Origin: Sporopachydermia quercuum
Lineage: Eukaryota
Length of the DNA stretch: 41,941 bases
Direction: 5' to 3'
Assembly: GCA_001599295.1 (NCBI GenBank)
Contig: BCGN01000004.1
Location: forward strand, 1,861,676 to 1,903,616
This document shows positions 21,162 to 32,773 of the stretch, piece after piece (the first letter of the stretch is position 1; each line of letters opens with the position of its first letter). Below the pieces are notes generated by a model. It ran no database searches, was not told the origin of the DNA, and saw nothing but the letters and a program-made list of their open reading frames with translations. Both the position numbers and the translations under genes were made by a program.

Positions 21162-22763
21162 TCAAGCTGTATTTATCAGCTCTCGAGCGTATGCTTCTTC
21201 AATACCCATATTGGTATCAGGGCCAGAGTAAGTATTTTTTCCCCTAATCATCCACCATATGGAAGACAATATAAACACCGCGCCGATAATCACGCAAGCA
21301 TAATTCATATTATCTGCCGCAACAGGCATGGTAGCAGGGAAATTGAAGAATATAATCATGAAAACAATCCAGCCAGCGGCAAGAGTGTTGATAATGGGGC
21401 CCTTCACTTTGCCTAATGGAAAAGTTGTTGGCTTCATGTATTTTCTTCGACCAGCGAGAAGTAATCCAATGGGAAACAAAAATGAGATGTTCGCAAGTAA
21501 TACATTACATCCTACAAGTGCATTAAATGCAGTACTGCTTCCAACGTAAATACAGCCTAGAACAGTCATGACAGCCCAAGTCAGCAAAGCAGCATTTCTA
21601 GGCACTTTCAGAGTAGGATGAATTATACTCAGCTTATCAGAGTAAGGTAATCCGCCATCTCTTGAAAAAGCCCAAATAAGTCTGTTGGCAGTTTGCATAG
21701 TATTGACCGTAGCACACATAGTGAGGAAAAACAAGATACTTAAAAGAAAAATCGCAGCACCTTTATTTTTGGTTGCTAGATAAAATACTTCAAGGATAGG
21801 TACTCCAGTTGTGGTGTTCAGAATTTTATCCAAATCAACCATACAGAAGCAAATACAAATAGCAGTAACAATCATGGTGAAGAAACCAATTGCCACAGTG
21901 CCAACCAAAATTTTCGGTAGAACTTTTCTAGCGTCTTTAATCTCCTCAGCGCAATGAACTGCTCCATCAAGGCCTCCAAAGGCAAATGCAGGATTTGTCA
22001 GTCCTACAATGAATGCAATACCGTTGGATTTCCATCCTGTATTATTAGTGAAAGTAGCAAAAACAAACCGAGCACTTTGCTTAGGGTATGCAGAACCCAC
22101 CATAGTAAAATTCACCAAGAAGAATGAAAACAAACAGATTCCAAAGCAGACTTTATTGAAATACGGCATGATCTTATGTCCATAGATATTCATCACAGTA
22201 AAAATAGCACAACAGCCTTCATAAACAAGAAATCCTTGCCAACGATGATATTCTACTGAAGGGTTGGCCAATATAATCATAGCAATAAGAAACTGACCCA
22301 AAATAATATTCACTGAAGCTCCTACCACGCACCAACCAACAGTATTGAACCATCCACAATACCAACTTAACAAAGGTCCCCATTTCTTGGAAGCTAACTC
22401 ATATGTCCAATGATATTGTCCTCCAGACGTAGGATAAGCCCCTGCGATCTCTCCTAAAGATAACGCTACACATAATGTGAAAAAAGAAACCCCTACAGAA
22501 CCATAAATTAACATGACAGTACCACCAGATCCGATACCTGTGGCCAATGATCCAATAATACCAGACCATGAGTCAACAATCATGAAGGAAAAGGATAAAA
22601 TAGCCAGCTTGGACATATTTCTTTCTAATACTGGTTTATAGCCAGTTTTCAGTAAATCTATATCATCTTCGTTAAGACCTTGGAATTTTTCATCCATTTG
22701 AGCAGATTCGGAGGAGCCCACTTCGCTCTTAACTGTTAATACTGTGTCAACTGTTTTACTCAT
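21162..22763 (-). CDS. APC-superfamily ACT-family permease (HNM1 choline / UGA4 GABA permease-like)
   Basis: SLGEIAGAYPTSGGQYHWT, NNTGW..GIAFIVGL, GLDGAVHCAEEI, RLIWAFSRDGGLP, GSSTAFNA and P...PV...NMNYA motifs. Confidence 0.92.
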   Translation of the reverse strand: MSKTVDTVLTVKSEVGSSESAQMDEKFQGLNEDDIDLLKTGYKPVLERNMSKLAILSFSFMIVDSWSGIIGSLATGIGSGGTVMLIYGSVGVSFFTLCVALSLGEIAGAYPTSGGQYHWTYELASKKWGPLLSWYCGWFNTVGWCVVGASVNIILGQFLIAMIILANPSVEYHRWQGFLVYEGCCAIFTVMNIYGHKIMPYFNKVCFGICLFSFFLVNFTMVGSAYPKQSARFVFATFTNNTGWKSNGIAFIVGLTNPAFAFGGLDGAVHCAEEIKDARKVLPKILVGTVAIGFFTMIVTAICICFCMVDLDKILNTTTGVPILEVFYLATKNKGAAIFLLSILFFLTMCATVNTMQTANRLIWAFSRDGGLPYSDKLSIIHPTLKVPRNAALLTWAVMTVLGCIYVGSSTAFNALVGCNVLLANISFLFPIGLLLAGRRKYMKPTTFPLGKVKGPIINTLAAGWIVFMIIFFNFPATMPVAADNMNYACVIIGAVFILSSIWWMIRGKNTYSGPDTNMGIEEAYARELINTA

Positions 22764-23653
22764 TTTAACGCGAGAACAAGAATGACCAATTAAATCCTGT
22801 ATCCTTTTACGTTTTGGCTGTAAGCTGATCAGGGTGAGATTTGATTTTTAAACTTCTTGCTTCTAGAGACATTTGAAAGGAATCCTTTCTTTATATATCA
22901 AATAGTTTTGTTTCCTCCTTTTTTATTCTTCTTGAATGAATCGATAACGGCAATAATGTGAATTAAGTGGAAGATAACAAACAAGATACATCTGCTGTTG
23001 TATATTAAGGTAATGGATTAGCAATTGATGGATGAGAAGACTTCATTGGCCAAATCTAGATATCATGTTCAGAGAATATGATAAGAGACATTAGAGAGAG
23101 AATTTGATAGAAAAGAATCAACTTTTGATACACCATGCTAAAACCATAGTTAAAATAACAAAATAAAGACAAGTATAAGCTTGAAGTTGAGTCCAAGATA
23201 CCATGTTTCTTGTGAAACTCTTCAGGCGGCGATTCTGCGGATGAAGTTTTGTTGATGTGGATTGCTTGAGTCTTAAGATATGTTCCAAGTAAGGTTTCAG
23301 ATAACCAGAAAGTGAACCGAGTGAGATATACCCGAAAGAGAAACTACTATCTACTATCAACAATATCAAAAGCGCGAACTTAAACTAGAGCTTAAACTAT
23401 ATTATTTAATACAAAACTGCACTATGAATATCTATTGCAAGGCTTTCGAATGGAAGAAATTAAATGACCTTTCATGATCGAAAGTGGTTTTCAATATTCC
23501 AGCCAATTATTATTTATTATAGAAGGGTGATTTTTTCATTGTAATTCAAGTTCAGATTTAGATTTCACTTTGAATTAGTGGATTGCCTAAATGGGAATAT
23601 CATCTCTTATCTTTTCCCAGTTGAAATTGTTCCTTGGAAACATTTTGTTCCTG

Positions 23654-23681
23654 GCGGAGATTTAGCGGAGATTTAGCGGAG
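23654..23681. promoter_or_regulatory. Three GCGGAG motifs at 11-bp period; candidate Zn2Cys6 binding array in the permease/dioxygenase divergent promoter
   Basis: GCGGAGATTTA-GCGGAGATTTA-GCGGAG, with CGG at 23655, 23666 and 23677. Zn2Cys6 proteins typically bind spaced CGG triplets. Confidence 0.55.
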
Positions 23682-24367
23682 CTTTGTCGCTGGAGCCAAG
23701 TTAGAGTGTTGAACTCTAAATGTTTAATTGTTTAATTTCTTGATTTTACCCCAGATTTTATTAGAGCTTAATCAATCTTCTGTTGGCTTATAATAATTTT
23801 AGTATTCTCTTCTTTCTCTGGTACGCATTGCCAAGCGAAAAATTACGAATAACTTCTTATTGAATGAATCTTGGTGCACCTCCGCAATAACACCGACATA
23901 TCTTCAATGTAAGTCCGTGTTAACAGAGCTTGATGAAATTTTTTGCTGCTGTTGTTGCTGTTGTTGCTGATAAACCCCTTACTTATCTGCTGGTAATAAA
24001 ATTTGAAGTTCATAGCAGGTATTTGTTGTTTCATTTCCTGAACAACGTCTCTGGATTTTGAAAGTCTATTCTATCCCCCATCTTCATATATTGTCAAAAA
24101 TGGATGCTGGAGCCATTCTATTCCAAAAAGGCAAAAGAAGAATATAGCATGACTTACAGTTTTCAATTCATATTTCCGTAACAATAAAAAAGGCTATTAA
24201 ATATAAATACTAACCATGTTCTTGCTAAATCAGCATGACTATTTGGTATACAGTTACCATTGAATTTTTTTGAGATTCTGAAAGATACTGAGGTTCCAAA
24301 GTAGGAATGTCTACAGAATAAAAAGGTTAAACTGCAGTATATCAGTGCTTATTGATTTTTTCACAAG

Positions 24368-25478
24368 ATGACTACTGATGCTGAATACCAGATTCCAAAC
24401 CAAGATTATAATGCCCGGAAAGATCAACTCTCAGTTCCTACGGTTAAACATCCTGACGCCCTTATACCATTTGAACGGATAGTTGAAGCGAGCTCAAAGG
24501 CATACCCTGCTCGGAAACAGATGGATGTTCCTGTGTTTGCGAAAGATGCAGATCCTGAAGAAGTTATTAAGGCGATGAAGACAACAGGGGGAGTGATTGT
24601 CCGTAATATTTGTTCAGTAGAAGATATGGAACAAATGGAAAGGGATATGAGACCTTTCATTGAAGCTGACGAACCTTGGCAAGCAGAGAATGACTTTTTC
24701 CCCAAATCCACTCGTAGAGCTTTTGGCCTGGCAGGCAAGTCTGAAACATTTGCATTAAAAATTTTAGGAAATGAGCTTTATCAAACAGTGTGTGACCATT
24801 TCCTTACCTCAAAGGCTTACACTTGGTATGGTGATAGAAATAACGTGAGTGTATCACACCCGCAGGTAAACAACACTATTGCGTTCTCTGTTAGGCCAGG
24901 AGGATTCTCACAACCTTTACATCGTGATGATGATATTCACTACTCTTCTCGTGAAAGAGTCGATGTATATCCCGAGCCTGCAAACTGGCGAGAGAATGGC
25001 ATTGGGTTCTTTGTAGCTGCTAAAAAAAGCCATAAAGCAAATGGAGCCACTAGGTTCATTCCTGGGAGTCACTTAGAAGCTACTGAACAACCGCCAGATG
25101 AAAATCACGCGCGTTACGCTGAGCTTGAAGTGGGTGATGGTTTAATTATGTTCTCTAGTTGTTATCATGGTGGTAGTGCCAATACAACTGAAAATGAAGA
25201 AAGGCTTTTGATGAGTTGCTTCATGACTAGAGGGACTTTAAGACAAGAAGAGTAAGTATTAAGATGGAAATTTTCGATCTTAGATTTTATGATAATTAAC
25301 TAACAAATTTATTAGAAATCAATATTTAGCTGTACCTATTGAGAAAGTAAAAAAGCTCCCTTTAAAGATTCAAAACATCCTGGGGTACGAATTCTCTCAA
25401 CCGATGCTTGGATGGGTTGATTTCAAAGAACCTAGAGTTGTGTTTGACCCTTCTGTCAAACAGGTGTCACAATATTAA
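24368..25478 (+). CDS. PhyH (phytanoyl-CoA dioxygenase) family Fe(II)/2-oxoglutarate dioxygenase, 2 exons, 348 aa
   Basis: QPLHRDD (HxD), NGATRFIPGSH, CYHGGSAN..ER. Intron 25252-25315 (GTAAGT..AACTAAC..TAG) restores LRQEENQYLAVP..ILGY..SQPMLGWVD; stop TAA at 25476-25478. Confidence 0.92.
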
Positions 25479-26155
25479 CTGTAAGTTGAAAAATTTTCTC
25501 TCAAGCTATTCATTTCTTTTCTGTTTCTTTGATCTGTATGATAATATTCAGATCTATGTTTACACATCTCATTGTAGGCTGCAATAAGCATTTTCGTGCG
25601 CTTTCACTTGGAGATATTATTTGCTACCTTCACCAGATCACCTTGCTTTCCACTCTAGTTTTATAAGGTCTTTCTGAATTTTGTTGGAATCCCTTTATAT
25701 ATGTTAATGCTCTTATATATCGTAAGACAGATCAATCAAAGGCGTTGATAGGTTTCCTTCCATTCTTAACAAAATAGACTTCACACTCTAAAATATACTT
25801 AAACTCGTAAATCGCACTTTCATTGACATGAATTTTGCTTTTCAAACTCTAAATTCTTTATCTTTTACCACCTTTACTTTAAGTTTTAAAACCTCTATCA
25901 TTCTAGAACTGATAATCATTTATCTTTTTGATTGAGTATCGGGGTTTATGCACTACTAGAAGCTTGTTATATTCTTCTTCACATAACAGACAATGATTTC
26001 TGGACTTTCTACTTTTCCGGAGCTTAGTATTTTTGTTAAGAATACTGTGACTATCATTCTCGGCTTCACGATAATTTACCGTCGAGACGCATTCGAAACA
26101 CTGCAACCTTTGCAATAGGCAACATAGAGCAGGCAATCAGATCAAAAGGTTAGAA

Positions 26156-28069
26156 ATGGTCACAGCTATAAAGAAAACATATCGTAAGTACATTGAATTG
26201 TTGAGACTACTAGAAAGCTTGTGTATTCAAGAAATTGTTATCCAAAACTAACAACACAATATTTAATCTTTAGACCGAGCATGCGTCAATTGTCATATTC
26301 GCAAAAGAGCATGCGATATGGCCAAACAAACACCATGTAGACGATGTGAAGAAGCTAAATTGTCGTGTCATCCTCATATTCCCAAAAGAAGGCGCATTAA
26401 AAGCATTCAAAGTGCCAGTGAAAAGAAAACAGAGCTTCTGAATAGCGGTCCGCAATCTTCCTTACCACAGATAGCTCCTGGCGATTACGCCCCAAGGCAG
26501 TATCAAACGGCCGAAGTCTACGATTTGACCAAAGACAATTGTATTCTAGTTGATTTTTTATCGCAAGATTTTTCCTCCGTGTCGATCAATAACTATCAAG
26601 TCACATTTGTTGATAAATATACAAGCATCACCAGACAACTCGCTAAAGAGTTTGGCCAAGGGTTCGAGAATATGGATAACGTGTACCATTTCCGAGATGC
26701 GCCGTTTCTGCAACGAGGATTTGGATCCATCCCTCGAACTATCAGTGATAAGGAAAGAGCTTTATTAGAATTGCAAGGAGCGTTCACATTACCTACTGAG
26801 TCAATAGCAAAAACGTTTATCGATGCCTTTTTCGATAGAATTCATCCATTTGTTCCGATTATCAGTAAAGACACATTTACAGCGTACAATGAAAACACCT
26901 CCGGTTCTCATCCTGTATCGATTTTGCTTCTCCAGTCTATCATTTTGGGAGGTTCCACTGTACTCGACCATCCTGAGTTAGAACTTCCCCAAGATGAAGT
27001 TAGCGCAAAGTTATATGAGCGGGCAAAATCTTTGGTAGATGTGAAATACGAACAAGATAGACTCACCCTTGTTCAGAGTCATTTAATATTTTCGGTCTTC
27101 AACGCTGATTCCTGTGACGATACTGTGGCCAGTATGTGGCTTTCTCTTGGTACTGCCATAAGGCTAGCACAAGGTTTGGGAATGCATAGGAAATTTGGTA
27201 ACGCAAACGCTGATATAGAAATGCGGAAGCAATGGCGAAGAACATGGTGGACATTGTTCCAGCATGATGTATTGTGTTCTTTCGAATGGGGAAGACCTAG
27301 AGCTATCAATCTAGACGATACCGATGTAGAAGAAATAAGTGAACTTGATTTCATTATTGATAAGAGTGATGGGGAGAAGGAGTATATATTAAGTGAAGAA
27401 AACATAATATTTTTTCTATTGAATCAGAAGCTGTGTCATATCATCAATGAATGGATGAAGCTGATTTCTCCCAAATATAATGGTAAAATTTTGGAGACAA
27501 TTGAGAAGAAAATCATGCTCGAGCATTTGAAACAAAAGATGCGTCGATGGTTTGAAAGCTTGCCTTATCAGTATCAAATGTCAGCGCTAAATGATAAAAT
27601 ATGTGAAAAATGGCCCTTGTGGGCTTACAGCCTTTTATGTGTATATAATGCCTTGATTATCCGAGTGTATTCTCATGAGGATTCTAAAGAGCTTGAAGCA
27701 AAGGAGAATGTGTCAATAGCTTCGAGAAGAATCTTGGAGTTGTTTCAACAGTTAGAAAGGAGAAATTTACAGGATTCGATATGGGTTTTTGGTATCCATG
27801 AGTTTGATTTGGCTTTGACATTTTTTGCTAAGATGGCAAATGATACCAATCGGGTGGTGGCGTATGCTGGTCTTCAAGCGTTAGATGTTGGTGTTCCGTT
27901 ACTGGGAAAGATGTGTGAACGATCTTCAGTTGCCCGACAAGGTTATGTATTTTATCAAACTCTACTCAACTCTAAAATTGAATTGTTCAATACAATTCAG
28001 TTTATAGATGTCGCATTTGCCGATGATTGCAATGAGAATCCAGATTTTGGAGAGCTCTTCGTCGTTTGA
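26156..28069 (+). CDS. Zn2Cys6 transcription factor with Fungal_trans domain (CTF1/AmdR-like), 2 exons, 607 aa
   Basis: Exon 26156-26183 plus intron 26184-26273 (GTAAGT..AACTAAC..TAG) gives MVTAIKKTYHRACVNCHIRKRACDMAKQTPCRRCEEAKLSC, a complete six-Cys cluster that the ORF track truncates. Also GAFTLP, FFDRIHPFVPI, AIRLAQGLGMHR, RRTWW and GRP..I motifs. Confidence 0.92.
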
Positions 28070-30520
28070 ACATTTTTGCAATCATTTTTTGATTTGACTG
28101 CATGCATCTAATTAAAACGATTAAACTGAAGTTTTAAGAAGCACTGATTTATAGATTCACTTATTAGATCACATGTTTAGATCTGTAGAGCTTGAGTAAT
28201 CAAGTTATTTATTTTTAAATGATATAATGAACTAAATCAGTAGGTACGAATATGTGATATTAATGGGTATTCTCAAGGCATATACAACAAGTATAGAAGG
28301 AACATAGACATTAGGGAATAAAATTTAATGGAAATTAGAAGGAATATGTATAAAGAATAGAAATTTTTTTTGGCAAACCCCGTTTGCTTCTATTCCGGTC
28401 CCAAAGCTTTGAGTTCTGTTCATCAATTTTACTATGTAGAGTATGTTGATCGACGTCTTATCCTTTTTCACAAGATGTATGTGTAAGGGAACATCAAAAT
28501 GTTTAAGAGGCAGCAACAGGTTCTTCTAGTGATTATGTAATCGCGTATTAACGTTATTTGCTCCAACACCATATTGACTTCTTTATCAATCTACGTTCTT
28601 ATCCTTTCGTTTTGCTGGGAAAACAGTTACTTTAAACCCAATCTCAGTTTTGTTAACATGTGGGATCAGTACAATTTAGCAAGCACAATATGAATTTTAT
28701 ATACTATTATTTTTAAATTTCTTATTTTTATTGATCGGGGAATGCTCTAATATCTTATCAGTATTCGTTCTAATAATAGATAATTAGATATTATAAATTT
28801 GTTGCGATATTATTTCAGAATAATAAATACAGATTACGTAAATAATAATTATTGTTTCCTCTTCACTTTCACCGGAATCTGAAAGCATATGTAACTGATA
28901 TATTCATCCACTACAAAAGTGTTTACTAATACAAAGATGTCGGAAAAATGAATGAAAGTAAGTTTAAAACACGGACTCTGTATTAAGGGTGCTGTATGAT
29001 TGATCATTTACTGTTATTTCTATATATATCCTCAACATCTATGTAATTATTACTATAGATAGGTAAATTATTAAATACAAGAACTAGCAAGTACATTCAG
29101 AGCTAACTTAAATAACTTAGATTTAATCTTTCTCATTCGTTAAATCCTAATCCACTTTCAATAATAGTTTTTGACGTACTTCATCTATACATGTTACCAG
29201 GAACTACACAGATAGGAGCGTGTTATTACCAGAAATTGATGTGACGTATAATAAATTAATATATATTAATGAATTTGACAGCTCATGTAATTATTTATGA
29301 AGCTGTAAAGATGAAAAAGTAATGGTGATAATAATATAGTAGTAAATCTTCAAACAAGCTACGCGTCTTATCAATATCCAATTTGCTTACCAACCAATAG
29401 ACCTATATAAACAGATGACTACAAATTGGGACGTATCAATGAATAAACTATTTGACTGTAAAACTCTCCTTGAAGGATCAAATGACACAGCGTCTGATGT
29501 ACAGAGACTTGTTCAAATAAGAAGTATAGTTGTTACAAAGCAATAATGAAACAAAGACTCTTATGAACAGTAGTCTATTACTTTGCAAATGTCACTTAAC
29601 TTGTTAACAAAATATTGTATGCATGTTGTGTAGGAATATATTTAAATAAAAAGCAAGTAAAGTGCAAAAAGTAATAATACAACAACTAACTATATCACAT
29701 TGTTAGTAACAATAACATGTGAATACTATTTAATTTTTTCTGTATCTTATTTAATATGTACTTACTTAAACACAGTCATAAGAATGGCTGCGTCTCAGAA
29801 TTCTTGATGTTCCTTTGTACTGCCTTATAAAAAAGGGTGTAAAGTGGATCAACAAAATCTATATAGTAGAGAGGTTGGCGAGAAAAATATAAATATCCAT
29901 AACTCACAACTGATAACCATCAATTAAAATAAAATAAAATACAATACATCTTTAGCACGCTACACTTCAGGAGATTGTAATATATATATAGACATTTTTC
30001 ACTTGGTTAAAACTATATACATACCACAGAAATGACTGAATAAATAAATGATCCATCGATTGTATCTATGTAAAAATTTGGGAGGCTCCCACTATGTAAA
30101 ATACAAAATCATCAGAATGAAGGATGAGGTGATACATGAAGTTGGTCAGGTCAATCGAGAATAAATTCAACAAATAGCTCATTAAGGCAAATTATTGACT
30201 AATATCTATAAAAAGAAACGAATAACTTATAAAGGTAAATTTATTGATTAATATATATAAAAAGAAACGAGAAACGTAAAAAATAAACCAATAACTAATA
30301 AGGGAAAAATATTTACTTTTGACTTATAAGAAGAAAACGTAAATAGAGTAACCAGGAAGATGAGGATTGCTATAGTGATGATGTAAATATTGATATAGTA
30401 CTTGGATAAAAGAGAAAAATAATAAAGCGATAAAAAAGAACAGGAGGCGGAAGGAGTAGCCTGAAGGAGGCGGTACGTAACATTCATGTGACAAAAAGAT
30501 ACTGGAAAGGGACAGATACT

Positions 30521-30536
30521 CTACCGCCCAACTACC
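30521..30536 (+). repeat. Internal telomere-like sequence (C-rich strand, ~1.5 repeat units, 1 mismatch)
   Basis: CTACCGCCCAACTACC matches CTACCTCCCAACTACC (reverse complement of the terminal repeat) at 15/16 positions. Confidence 0.5.
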
Positions 30537-30810
30537 AACCTACAGACTTGGTGAAGGCACAAATTTAAACCGTCTATGTGCTTTGAGTCTCATTAATTAC
30601 CAAGAATATAGTAGCAACCAAATCGTAGTGCTTTTGCAACAGAGTTTGTATTCAAAGGAGCTTATTTTTGAAAAAATAAATGGCTGAAAACAACTGAAAA
30701 TAGAGGGAATACTTAATCATTTAGTTAATTTGTTTCTTATTTGTAAACTTGAATTAATCTTTTATACCACCACGTTTCCGACAATTTTCCAACAATTGTC
30801 ATTCCACAAT

Positions 30811-31000
30811 GTCATGTGACTCATCACATGCCATTTTATTAAATGATATCATAAACCAAGATTACTTTTCCATAAGCTCACATGACGACTTACATCACAT
30901 GATATACCATATGAGTTGTCACATGAGTACATACTTATATTTTGAATATCACCTATCACATGTCATCTCACAATTGATATCACATGATACATCATATGAC
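30811..31000. repeat. Cluster of TCACATG(A) E-box-like motifs
   Basis: TCACATG at 30824, 30878, 30895, 30919, 30956 and 30980, an inverted copy (TCATGTGA) at 30812, and CATATG variants at 30908 and 30993. Confidence 0.7.
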
Positions 31001-31546
31001 TATAGCTTTTTCAGCAAGGTAAAATTGATTACGTGAGAATTATCAAAAATTTATTAATTTATTACGTATTCTATATTTTTAAGTGTAGAATAGTTTGCAT
31101 TTTTATGCATGAACATATACGTAATCTACATATAAGTACAAAAGATTTAACTTTAAGATTAGAACTGTTGATTTCTTTGAGACCCCCGAAATTAAACTTC
31201 CTTGTCAAAGTAGATCTCAGCGCCAATCAAAGTATAATTATGTGATTAGTTTTGTTGAATGGCAGTAGTACAGAACATTGAATTACCATTCTTGAACCTG
31301 TTCCTTAAGCCTTGTCTGTCTTATCATCATAAGGTTCAAACCGTAGAGCTTTATTTCGTTCCATTTTTTCCTTCTTCTTTCTCCTCTGTGCACAACTACA
31401 TTAATTGATCACAATAAGAAGTTTAGATTACTCTTCTAATGAAGTTAGAGTAAGTAGTACGTTCCGGTGCTGGAATATTTCTTCTTGGCAGTTATGTAAT
31501 TTTTTTGGCCAAGATTTTGAAATCCCACAAATTTAGTAGCTCGAAG

Positions 31547-32773
31547 ATGTTCACTTTAAATTTGTTAGCTTCACCTTGGAAGCAGAAAATCAAATCTTCT
31601 AGAGCCTATACTTGTTTTTTAGCTTTACTGTTGCTTGCAATTCCTATTATAACAATACTACAAAGTGATCTGAGGGACGTATTCAATTTGGTTGATACAA
31701 GCAGTTTCATAAACAGCAATCGTTCGAACGAAGACAGTAGAAATACAGTAGTTGTTGAAATAGAACTAGCGAAAACCTCAGAGATGTATTTTAACTCTAT
31801 CAACAATGCGACGCTAGGAGTAGAGAAAATCATTTACATTCACCTACCTCAAAATTTGAACAAGCTTGATATCATGACTATGCAATCGTCAGCTTCAGGT
31901 ATTGAATTTGAGGTTAGGGAGGGTGTTATACCTGATAGTTTATCAGATAAAGGCTTACCCCCTAATCTAAACACTTGGAAAGGAGGAAATGACATGAAGC
32001 TAGAGGAAAAGGCCTGTTGGAGGGCACATGCTAATATTTGGAGAGAAATGGTGGAAAATGGATGGAGTAGTGTTCTTGTACTAGAGTCTGATGCTACTTG
32101 GGAAATAGGTTTGAAGCAAGACATGCAAAGAGTTGCCAGAGCTCTGAACGATGTTACTATAGCATACCCTGGATACAAAAGAGACGTCGAACCACATGAT
32201 CAAGATCCTTGGAATACCAGGAAGTGGGATATGTTTTATCCAGGATCTTGCGGAGATAATGAAAAGGAATTGAGAAAAGATCAATTTTTGAAATATGAAA
32301 GTCCTGAATCTCCGGATAATTATGAATATTTTGGCGACAAACTTGTTAATGAAAGAGTCGTAAGGAGAAATGGTGCTCCACTATGCACTACAGGTTATAT
32401 TATCTCTCTAGAGGGAGCAAAAAAGCTACTACTGCGGACCAATGTAGATATGAGCTATCCTGTTGATCTAATTATTGGTGATTTGTCTCGTGATAACAGA
32501 TTGATTTCTTACAGTGTATATCCGCCTTTGATTCACTCATGGGGCTATATTCAAGGTATCGGTGCAGAAGATAAAGAGTCTGATATCCTTGACAGAAAGC
32601 CAGCAGATCAACACGTCGAAGCATGGAAACAGGCTTTTGATAGGTTTGACGCTTGGAGAATTAGAACAGAATATAGAGTAAAACACCCCATTCTAAGCTC
32701 CTTGAAGCAAGACTATTTTAATGGAGAAATAATTGAAAACGAGGTTGCAAAAATAGACTACGTACCGGAATGA
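31547..32773 (+). CDS. Glycosyltransferase family 25-like type II membrane protein
   Basis: N-terminal TM helix, NATLGVEKIIYIHLP, ACWRAHANIWREMV, VLESDATW, WDMFYPGSC, PLCTTGYIISLEGAKKLL, PVDL and VYPPL. First ATG at 31547. Confidence 0.82.
   Translation: MFTLNLLASPWKQKIKSSRAYTCFLALLLLAIPIITILQSDLRDVFNLVDTSSFINSNRSNEDSRNTVVVEIELAKTSEMYFNSINNATLGVEKIIYIHLPQNLNKLDIMTMQSSASGIEFEVREGVIPDSLSDKGLPPNLNTWKGGNDMKLEEKACWRAHANIWREMVENGWSSVLVLESDATWEIGLKQDMQRVARALNDVTIAYPGYKRDVEPHDQDPWNTRKWDMFYPGSCGDNEKELRKDQFLKYESPESPDNYEYFGDKLVNERVVRRNGAPLCTTGYIISLEGAKKLLLRTNVDMSYPVDLIIGDLSRDNRLISYSVYPPLIHSWGYIQGIGAEDKESDILDRKPADQHVEAWKQAFDRFDAWRIRTEYRVKHPILSSLKQDYFNGEIIENEVAKIDYVPE

Noticed and set aside
12210..24368. 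GATAAG/CTTATC sites (e.g. 13495, 13910, 17119, 23080, 23606, 23982) as evidence of nitrogen catabolite repression
   Set aside because: Plausible for N-source genes, but the density is not obviously above chance in DNA this AT-rich.
29977..30492. Possible solo LTR (TGT...ACA ends, internal duplicated ATAAAAAGAAACGA)
   Set aside because: No matching inverted termini or target duplication could be established.
30809..31036. His/Ser-rich 75-aa ORF
   Set aside because: By-product of the TCACATG motif array.
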